Shown here: one piece after another, positions 53,231 to 61,297 of the stretch
Layout: each line of letters begins with the position of its first letter
Numbering within the stretch: the first letter of the stretch is position 1
Assembly (NCBI GenBank): GCA_965242695.1
Contig: CBDESU010000002.1
Span: 416,001 to 480,000 of the forward strand
Source: Cenarchaeum sp.
GTDB lineage: Archaea; Thermoproteota; Nitrososphaeria; Nitrososphaerales; Nitrosopumilaceae
DNA: 64,000 nt
Reading direction: 5' to 3'
Translations under genes and position numbers: made by a program
Notes under the pieces: model-generated
Databases searched by the model: none
What the model was told of the DNA's origin: nothing
The model's input: the letters and a program-made list of their open reading frames with translations, nothing else

Positions 53231-53851
53231 ATGAGGATCGTCTGCCTCACGTCGGGTGGGGTCGACTCTACAGTCATGCTTCACGTGCTATCAAGGCGCA
53301 ACGAGGTGGTTCCGCTGTTCGTCGACTACGGGCAGAGTGCCGCGCGCCGGGAAAAAAGGGCGGCCGTCGCGGCGTGCGCGCCGCTGCGGCTGCGGCCCGC
53401 AGTGGTCGGAATCCGCGGGCTGCGCGCTACACGCGCCGCGTGGGCGCACGAGGCGGCGGGCAAGCGCCAGGCCCCCGAGGCCCCCGGCGTGACCCCCTCC
53501 AGCCCGTACTTTCCCAAGCGGAACATGCTCCTGCTGTCCGCATCGGCGGCATTCGCGAGGCTCAACTCGTGCAGGGTTGTCGCGATCGGGGTCATTGGGG
53601 GGACGGGGTACGGGGACCAGACGGAGGGGTTCGTCAGCAGCGCACAGTCGGCGCTCTCGGCCGACGGCGACATTGCCGTAATGGCCCCCCTTGAGGGCAT
53701 GTCCAAGATAGAGGTTGCGCGCCTCGCAAGGAGCAGCGGCGTAGCGCTGGGAGCCACATACTCGTGCGACAGGGGAGGGGAGAGGCACTGCGGCAGATGC
53801 GACGGCTGCAAGGATCGGCGCGCGGCGCTGAACGAGGCGAGGCGGGCATGA
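53231..53851 (+). CDS. QueC-like protein (7-cyano-7-deazaguanine synthase family)
   Basis: SGGVDS, DYGQ, FPKRN, TYSC...HCGRCDGC. Confidence 0.92.
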   Translation: MRIVCLTSGGVDSTVMLHVLSRRNEVVPLFVDYGQSAARREKRAAVAACAPLRLRPAVVGIRGLRATRAAWAHEAAGKRQAPEAPGVTPSSPYFPKRNMLLLSASAAFARLNSCRVVAIGVIGGTGYGDQTEGFVSSAQSALSADGDIAVMAPLEGMSKIEVARLARSSGVALGATYSCDRGGERHCGRCDGCKDRRAALNEARRA

Positions 53852-54399
53852 TCCGGGCGCCCCTGCATCGGCGGGCTGCCAGCGCACGCGCTGACTTGGC
53901 GAAAGGTCCGGGCCCGTGATCCCGGTGGCGGGAATCGCTCTACGTACGAGGGGCAGAAGGGCCAGAACGAACCCCGGCGCAGCCCCATGCGTGTGGCTGG
54001 CGCGGACAGGCGGCCATGCAGGTGTGGGGAACGGCTTGAGAGATCCAGAAGGTTGGTGTGCAAGACGCATGGTGTTTGATGCGCCCGCATCGACAGAGAT
54101 CAAATCGCGGCGGGCCTTGCCGCGCCCGGCGCCGTATGCGGCGATCCGGAGCGGCGGGCCCAAGCGGAGGAAGGGCCGGCATTCCTGGCCGCTGCGCCCC
54201 TCCGGCGCCACGGAGCCACTGCGCCAGCGCTACAAGGAGAAAAATCGAGCATGCTGGGCGTCACGGCGTAGGCATCGCCGCAAGGCCGATGGGCAAGGGG
54301 GTTCGGCAAGACAGGCACGGGCACCGTCCTAGCCGTGTCGGGCCCAGGCACGGCATCATGTGGGCGTCCCGCCGCACATGCCGCCCTTCCCGGTGTGCA

Positions 54400-54885
54400 C
54401 TACTCCAATGCCTTGGCGATCTGCTTAGCGTTCCACGGTATGACCTTGTCTCCGTGCTTGCTGATCGCGGTAGGCACCTTGTGATCCACGTCGCTGTGCA
54501 TTCTCACCCCTACGACTTTTTTGCCTTGCCTGTGCGCCTCTTCAATCTCCCATGCGACCGATTTGCTCTTGTGGGTGTGCTCCCCTATGGCCACTATCAT
54601 GGCGCTTGTCTGCTCTAGTTTTTCTGCCACCTTTTGCTTCCACTTTGTCTCGATCCGCTCCTTGACGGAGTAGTCCCTAAAACGGAACGGGAATCTCTCA
54701 TCCTTTGCCTGGCTGGCCAGCAACCGAACCTGGCGCTTGTCCTCATCGACATCAAAGCTTACGAAGACATTGCGCTGCTCAGAGACCCTCTTCCGGGTGG
54801 CATCCTCCCTTGCCCTGACTTCGCGGCGCAGCTCATCGGCGCTCTTGGCATGAAATTGGTCAAGGCCTAGGCCACCTGCGCCCAT
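54400..54885 (-). CDS. TIR-domain protein (DUF1863/ThsB-like) with Gly-rich N-terminus
   Basis: NVFVSF, DYSV, SKSVAWEIEEA (catalytic Glu); TTAAAAA about 24 nt before ATG. Confidence 0.88.
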   Translation of the reverse strand: MGAGGLGLDQFHAKSADELRREVRAREDATRKRVSEQRNVFVSFDVDEDKRQVRLLASQAKDERFPFRFRDYSVKERIETKWKQKVAEKLEQTSAMIVAIGEHTHKSKSVAWEIEEAHRQGKKVVGVRMHSDVDHKVPTAISKHGDKVIPWNAKQIAKALE

Positions 54886-55223
54886 GCGCCGGGCCGACCA
54901 AAGGCCGGTTTTTAAGTCTTGCCATCGGCCTGTCAGGATCTAGGCCCCACGCATGACGCCTGCGACAGGGCCTGCGGCGAGGCGAAGAGCCACCGCGAGC
55001 GGCAGTCCAAGGCATGGCAGCCTGCCGCCGCGGAATCGGCATGCCTGCCGCCGCTTGAGGCCCAGCTCCCTCACGCGGCAGCTTGCACCGGCATCCTGTT
55101 GAACCACTCTCCCTCATACATCACGGATCCACAACCCAGCCGACGCCGTACGGTAGCGGGCGCCTTGTTAGCGACGGCCCAGCATTTTGCAAGGCCCGCG
55201 GGGTGGCCCAGGAAGCAGGCGCC

Positions 55224-55745
55224 TCAGGGAGTCGCCCCTGCAGACAAAAGACTGGGGTACAGGGCGTATATTACGTAAAGCGCATACAGAATGATGAAGA
55301 TTGCGGGCGTCACCAGCTCGCCCATTGTCAACTCCCTGTATCTAGAGCTCCCTCGCTTTAGAATGTTCCATTCCCTGCTGTAGAGGTCTAGGGGCAGGGT
55401 TTTCTCGACATCTAATGCGACGCTCCACTTTGCCTTGGCCAGCGATCGATACGACAGGATCGTGACCAGCCAGTTGCCTCCAAGCACAAGCCCGATTACG
55501 CCCGCTGGCACCCAAAGGGGAGATGGCCCGCTCAGGGGAAACAGCCCCGCCAGCATCGCCAGTGCGGCCGCAAGGGCCGCATTGGCGCTGAGGTAGAAGT
55601 TGTTGGTGTGGGCGCGCAGCCGTTCTCGGCGGCCTATGTCGTCGACGTACATGCGGTACTGCTCAAACGCCCTGTCTTCGTCTCCCGCCCTGCGTCCTGC
55701 CGCATCCCGCGCGGACGCGTCTGGCTTTGGTGGATCGCCGGGCAT
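55224..55745 (-). CDS. membrane effector-like protein (RipA/SLATT-like)
   Basis: FEQYRMYV...RAHTNNFYLSAN, 2 TM, W...SYRSL..AKW...EKTLP...EW, C-terminal TM; starts 9 nt after the TIR stop. Confidence 0.75.
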   Translation of the reverse strand: MPGDPPKPDASARDAAGRRAGDEDRAFEQYRMYVDDIGRRERLRAHTNNFYLSANAALAAALAMLAGLFPLSGPSPLWVPAGVIGLVLGGNWLVTILSYRSLAKAKWSVALDVEKTLPLDLYSREWNILKRGSSRYRELTMGELVTPAIFIILYALYVIYALYPSLLSAGATP

Positions 55746-55754
55746 GAAACAACA

Positions 55755-56231
55755 CTACGATAGCTCTTGGCAGATTAGATCGACGTCCCAGTTGATGACC
55801 TTCAAGCCCTTTAGTGCGGACGGAAGGCCGTGTCCTGCATCGGGGCAGAGTCGAGCCCCCAGAATTTTCATGTTCAGGGCCTGGGCCGCTTTGATCTCCC
55901 AGTCGACTACCGTGCTCTGGTGCGTCCACTCCCCTACGACCACAATCACTGCCCTGGCCTGCGACACCTTCTTGCGGATTTCCTCCCGAAGGTCTGGAGA
56001 CGGCAGCTCTCCTGCAGGATAGTCCCTGTATGCGAATGCAAGCCGCTCGTCTTTAACCTCCGAGACAAGCCGCCTTACGTCCCGCTCGTCGCGCGCATCA
56101 AAGCTGAGAAAGACAGGCCTTCTGGACGCGCGCTTGCGCGCATCCTCCGCGCGCGCGTCAACCACGGCGCCTGCCTCCGCCCCGCCCCTATCCGGCTGGG
56201 CGTTGTTCTGATCGCCCCCAGGTCTCCCCAC
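55755..56231 (-). CDS. TIR-domain protein (DUF1863/ThsB-like)
   Basis: PVFLSF, STVVDWEIKAA; CTATAAG about 23 nt before GTG. Confidence 0.88.
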   Translation of the reverse strand: MGRPGGDQNNAQPDRGGAEAGAVVDARAEDARKRASRRPVFLSFDARDERDVRRLVSEVKDERLAFAYRDYPAGELPSPDLREEIRKKVSQARAVIVVVGEWTHQSTVVDWEIKAAQALNMKILGARLCPDAGHGLPSALKGLKVINWDVDLICQELS

Positions 56232-56718
56232 GCCGGCAGGCCGGCAGACCCCCCTTATAGACGATGGTCACGGTAGGGGCGTGCTTCCGATGGGCGGACG
56301 CGCCAATTCTGGCTCCAAGAAGTCCATGTGAGCGTTCGTTTGCAATGTCCAAAGCGAGACCGGCACGTCACGATGCCCTGTGCCTGAAGGTGTGCTGGCC
56401 CGCATTGTCGCAAACCGCCTGCTCTCGCCTACGAGCCTAAGTCGAAGGTAGGACGCAGCAGCAGCCACATCCCAGAAACGCTCCGAAGGCCTAGACCGTA
56501 GCGTGGATTATAGTGTCGGCGGATGGGCGTCGCGGTCTAGGCAAATGCAGTCAGACAGCCCAGGTTCTAGCCCATGTGCATAGTTTGCTGGTGCCGGCGC
56601 GACGCAGCGGGCCCTCTCGCGCCGATTTTGAGCGGTTCAAGCGCCGGCGCGCCGGCAACCACGCGTTGCCTTGCCGCGTTCGGTCGGGATGCCCAGTGCC
56701 AAATGCTGTAAAGCATTT

Positions 56719-57807
56719 TCAGAGCCCAGCTTCCGCATCCCACAGTTGAACATATTCTAATACCCTGTTCGCGATTTTGTGAGATGTGTCTGAATCAAGG
56801 CTTTCCTGTATGACGAGTATCCTGCCACGTCCGCTGCCGTCGTCGTTGCGCAGAAAAAGGTCGCTTGTACTGCCAGGTGCATCAATCAAGACAATATCCG
56901 TGTATTCTGGCATGCTCTTTTCGATTGTGTTTAGAGCGTCGGGATCCACGACAATGAGCAGCTTTCCAGCGTCAAGCAATTCTTTGAATTTGGCTGTAAT
57001 GTACACGTCTCGGAGCGAAAAGCCTACCACAATGCATGCGTCAGAAAGCCCCAGGGCGGTGGAAAACGCCTCGAATGTGGTGTTATAGGGTTCGTCGTCA
57101 ATGAACTTGGGGGATCTTGACGGGTATATGAGCAGATTGCCGTAGTTTTTGTCGCGGGACAGTTCCTCGCTTTCGTTTTTCACTATTCCACCCATCGCAA
57201 GGTTGCTCCTCCACGTAAGCGATCCGTGCAGCTTGTACAGGCGGACACGGCGGGTGCCCTCCTGTTGATCTTCGTCGCTGAACACATTCCCCGGCGGGTA
57301 GGGCCAGCCAGTCCAGACATACTTCCCGCCCGAAGGCACAAACCCGTCCACTAGCTCGATTTGGGGGTCTGCGATGTCGCAGTACTGCTCCACGCTTCGA
57401 TCATAGTTGGTGGTAAAGATGTTGACGGTTTTGCTCAGCCCTTCCAGCATGGCAACCAGCGGGCCAAGCGTGTGTTGAAGGGCGTCGTTATACTCGTGGT
57501 TCCACGCATAGGCCTCGTATAGCTCGTTTACTAGAACATGGTATGCGTTATATATAATATTAATCTCATTTTTAACTTGATTGTTGTACTCGGCATAAAA
57601 TCTCCCCCCGTCGTTCTGTGCCAGCGCGGCTAGATCCTCCACTACGCTGAAAACGGCCTCGACATCCTCGTGCTGGGGTGAAGACAGTACAGCATGCCAG
57701 ATGTCGCCCCGCTCTGTCTGTTGGAGCAGGGCATCTTTGAAGGCCTTGGTCGTCGGCTTGCCGTACGGAGCAGACGCACCCGCGCCTAGGAACAACGAAG
57801 CGTTCAC
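56719..57807 (-). CDS. SIR2-like (SIR2_2) putative NADase
   Basis: LFLGAGAS, FTTNYD, YKLHGS, VGFSLRD; start GTG 57807 or ATG 57831. Confidence 0.9.
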   Translation of the reverse strand: MNASLFLGAGASAPYGKPTTKAFKDALLQQTERGDIWHAVLSSPQHEDVEAVFSVVEDLAALAQNDGGRFYAEYNNQVKNEINIIYNAYHVLVNELYEAYAWNHEYNDALQHTLGPLVAMLEGLSKTVNIFTTNYDRSVEQYCDIADPQIELVDGFVPSGGKYVWTGWPYPPGNVFSDEDQQEGTRRVRLYKLHGSLTWRSNLAMGGIVKNESEELSRDKNYGNLLIYPSRSPKFIDDEPYNTTFEAFSTALGLSDACIVVGFSLRDVYITAKFKELLDAGKLLIVVDPDALNTIEKSMPEYTDIVLIDAPGSTSDLFLRNDDGSGRGRILVIQESLDSDTSHKIANRVLEYVQLWDAEAGL

Positions 57808-59073
57808 GAATCGGCGGGCGGGGGGCGGCATATCAAGGTTCGCTCTGGCGTGACCGTCCCAATGGCAGGAGTGCAAGCCCCTAGCAACATGTGCGCCGCC
57901 CTGCGCGCTTCGACGGCGCCATGGGCTGTCGGACGCAGGCCCCTAGCCTTAGGTTCAGGGCGCTGCGGCCAGGCTTGGGCATCCTGCACCCGCCTCCTGC
58001 GCCGGCGCCTCGCGCATAGATCGGCAGGGGCGGGGTCATGCCGCCCGCTGCGGGCCCGTGCGAGGCCTGCAGGGTGGGACCGCAGGGGACGAACAATTGA
58101 CGGCCGCAGGGCGGCGTCGACGCCTCACCGCTCCCACGCCCCGCGGGCGCTCTGCCTGCGCAAAAAGCGGCGGACATCCATGCGGGTGCCCAGGCGCACA
58201 ATGCACGGCCATCAAGGCCGCCTCCATTTGAACGAAAAATTAGTAATTCTAATCAATAATAGTGCTTAAATACAACCTGGATGGAACCCGATGCATGATC
58301 GAGATGGCAGCGGCAGGATTGTTGCTCTGCACAAACGGGCTTGCCGCATTGGAGCCGCATGTGCAGCAGATTCTGGGCGTAATTGCTGGCTGGGATGCCC
58401 ATACGCTTGCCGGCAACCTGGCAGTGGCGTGGATGCTCTGCCGCGCCTGCAGGAAGACGCTGGGGATGGTGCGCCGCTGCGCCTTCTGTGCGCGCCGCTC
58501 GTCAGGCGCCAGGCGCGCCCGACGCCACGCCGGATGCGGGCGTGGGAAGAGGCGGCTCCCGCGATTCAAGAAGAGGCGGAGGAACGTCCCCGGCTCCAAC
58601 AGGGATCGTCGCGGCAAAGGCGGCGGCCGCGTCGCGTGACGCGTGCCATCGCCTTTTTTGTTCATGGCGGACGGGAAGAGTCCCCCGGCACGCAGCCCGC
58701 CGACGGCTGGACGGATCGCGGTTCCGCAGCGGTTCGCAGGACGACTCCTTGCAAGGAGGCGGGGGATGACGGCCCGGGCCTGCCTGCAGGGCCCGCGGGG
58801 ACGGCAAGGGCGCGGATGCGCAATGCAGTTCCAATCTGGCCCGAAGGCGTGCTGTGGGGGCGGCAATCGAACGTAGCGGCAGTCCGGCGGTGGCGATATG
58901 CCCCTTGTGATCTGCCCCCTGTCGGGGATGCCGCTGGTGGCGCCGATCGAAGCGGCTATAACGAGTGCGTGGGGGACTGGGCAGAAGGCTGAAATGATCG
59001 CGATAGAATGCTGCGGCGTCCAAGCGAGCAGGGGGCGTGACCCGCACGGTCTGGATCCCTGTTCGCTACCGTC

Positions 59074-59682
59074 GTGGTGGAGCCGGTCGCAGAAGAGCCT
59101 GCCATAGGACTGCCCGTCATAGACACCGAGTGCGGGCGCTGGATCCACGGGATCAACCGCATGGCGGCAGAGGCAGAGGCCGGCGGCGACAGCTTTCTAG
59201 GGGGCGGCTTTGTGCAGGGTCCCAGCATGGCCATTGCGATCGACAAGCCCCGCGTCTCTGCCAGCACGTCAATCGACGCGGGCGGGCGGATAGAGCACAT
59301 GAGCGAGTACAGGGGCGTGGACGAGTCGGGGGCGGTGTGCTTTCCGCTCATCCGCCACCGCCGTCGCGCTGGGACCGTGATCAAGATTGCGGGAGAGGTG
59401 ATGCTGCGGCACGGGTACGTCGGCAGGTCCAGGGTGGTCATGAACATCGCCTGCGCGCGCAAGAGCCGCATCATGACGGCTAAGGGGTACTGCTTTTACC
59501 GGATGTTGGAGAGCGTCGACAGCAAGGCCTGCCTTGGCTTCAACACGCAGCACGCCTGGGTGTTTACAGGCAGGGAGTTGAGGGACGGTGGCGAGGACAT
59601 TGCAGGGAGTCGAGCAGACGCATTTTTGACGCTGTACCGGGAGCAGGGCGAGTGGGTCAGGGAGGACGGGACGCCCGTGTGA
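59074..59682 (+). CDS. hypothetical protein, possibly 5'-truncated
   Basis: 202-aa protein-like ORF with no clear promoter. Confidence 0.4.
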   Translation: MVEPVAEEPAIGLPVIDTECGRWIHGINRMAAEAEAGGDSFLGGGFVQGPSMAIAIDKPRVSASTSIDAGGRIEHMSEYRGVDESGAVCFPLIRHRRRAGTVIKIAGEVMLRHGYVGRSRVVMNIACARKSRIMTAKGYCFYRMLESVDSKACLGFNTQHAWVFTGRELRDGGEDIAGSRADAFLTLYREQGEWVREDGTPV

Positions 59683-60014
59683 CGGCGCCCGCGCTACTAG
59701 CCCGGGCGCTGGCGGGGCGGCGTGCTAGCATGTGGGGGGGCGCAGGGGCAGGGCTCCGCGAGCACTCCGATCCTGCCCCTCTATCAGGCGGTCTTCCTGT
59801 CCATGAGGTAAAGTTGACCGTGGTCCATAAAATGTCGAGGTAGGGCATTCGCAGAGGGCCCGTAGCTACAGGCAGGTAGTGCCAAGGATCCCGCGTGTAC
59901 GGTTGCCCGCAGCGTCAGCAGGCGCGGCGGGCCTGGTCACTAAAAAAATTACTAAAAGGATTAATTAGCAAGATCTTATTTAGCAACCTTCCACCCGAAT
60001 CAGCGTAAGGCAAA

Positions 60015-61247
60015 ATGGACAGAAGGAAACCGCGCGGCACGGCAGCTCCAAGCAGGAGCGAGCTTCGCCTGCTGGTGCTCAGAGCGCTTGCTGGGGGCAG
60101 CCCTGTCGGGCTGCCGAACCTGGCAGCCGGCACGGCCGTCTCGTGCTCTGGGCAGGATGCGGGAACCCTCAACGCCTACCTGGCGGGGGCGGGAAGAAAG
60201 AAGATGGACGGAATCGTAGAGCTGGCCGCCAACGACTTGGCGCGGGCGGGGCTTGTGCGACTCACGCCCGCCAACGACATGCGGATCAGCGCGGACGGAA
60301 GGGCGCTGTTGGAGGCAACGGACGAGACGCTAGGCAGGACGAATGCGGCGGGGGGACGAAGCAGGATGCGGTCGGAGATAACCGATGCGCTTCTATGCGA
60401 GCTGAGCCCCGCGTATCAACGGTGGCAGAGCGGGCCGCCGCCGGCCGCGGTGGATGAGCTGCCCCGCAAGGCGGAGGGAAGACCCGAGGAGGCATGCGGG
60501 ATATTCGCCGCGATCGACATGCTTGGAACCAAGGAAGCGTGGAGGAGACGCGGTCAGATAGAACTCCAGAACTTGTGGAAAGATTTGGTGGACTATACTA
60601 GGCAGGTTCTGCGGCCCGAGGACGGGTTTGACGTCACGACATGGTCCGACACGATAGTGGTCATGGGAAGCGGCCGCACCACCGCCGACCTCTTGAAGGC
60701 GTTCGGCATGGCGTCGTGGCGGATAGTGGCCAAGAGCATGCAGGACAACGTGCCGGTGCGCGGCTGCGTTGCGGAGGGGGGCTACTGCACGGGCACCGAG
60801 AGCCTGGTCCTCGGTGAGGCCGTGGACGAAGCCATCGAGTGGTACGAGCGGGCGCAGTGGATCGGAATAATGGCGACGCCGAGCGCTGTGTCTGTACTGA
60901 ATAAAATGGAAAAAATGGATGCGGTGGGGCTAGACGCCATGCACGAGTACTATGCAAGGTACGACATACCGTCGAAGACGGGCGCGGATTCGGCATGGGC
61001 CGTCAACTGGCCGAGGCAGTGCGAGGCGACCGGCGAGGGCGGAGGGGCGGAGGGAATGATGCAGATCGTCAAGGACGGCTTGAGAAGGTCTCCTGACGAA
61101 AGGGCGGAGCGTAAGTGGCTTAACACGGGAAAATTCTGCGACAGTGTGATCCGCGGCTGGGATCCGTACAGGAAGTGGGAATCGCCTGGGCGTCCTGAAT
61201 ATAACCTCGGCTGGTCCGGGTCCGCGAGCTTGGCGGCTAGTTCCTAG
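60015..61247 (+). CDS. Mrr_N-like winged helix fused to a class III nucleotidyl cyclase-like domain
   Basis: PSRSELRLLVLRAL...LARAGLV...RISADGRALL; then IDMLGTK, WSDTIV, VRGCVAEG, GEAVDEA...E. Confidence 0.65.
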   Translation: MDRRKPRGTAAPSRSELRLLVLRALAGGSPVGLPNLAAGTAVSCSGQDAGTLNAYLAGAGRKKMDGIVELAANDLARAGLVRLTPANDMRISADGRALLEATDETLGRTNAAGGRSRMRSEITDALLCELSPAYQRWQSGPPPAAVDELPRKAEGRPEEACGIFAAIDMLGTKEAWRRRGQIELQNLWKDLVDYTRQVLRPEDGFDVTTWSDTIVVMGSGRTTADLLKAFGMASWRIVAKSMQDNVPVRGCVAEGGYCTGTESLVLGEAVDEAIEWYERAQWIGIMATPSAVSVLNKMEKMDAVGLDAMHEYYARYDIPSKTGADSAWAVNWPRQCEATGEGGGAEGMMQIVKDGLRRSPDERAERKWLNTGKFCDSVIRGWDPYRKWESPGRPEYNLGWSGSASLAASS

Positions 61248-61297
61248 GTCTCAAAACCAAGGCGGGCGGCAGGGTGCCGGCCTGTCCAGTGGCAGGG

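Noticed and set aside
51745-53851. Housekeeping archaeosine/queuosine genes
   Set aside because: Disfavoured, not excluded: the TGT is short and lacks a PUA domain, no other pathway genes are present, and the context is a defence island.
58262-58639. Small hydrophobic/basic ORF after an AT-rich patch
   Set aside because: A TATA-like box is present but the product is unrecognisable; too weak to call.
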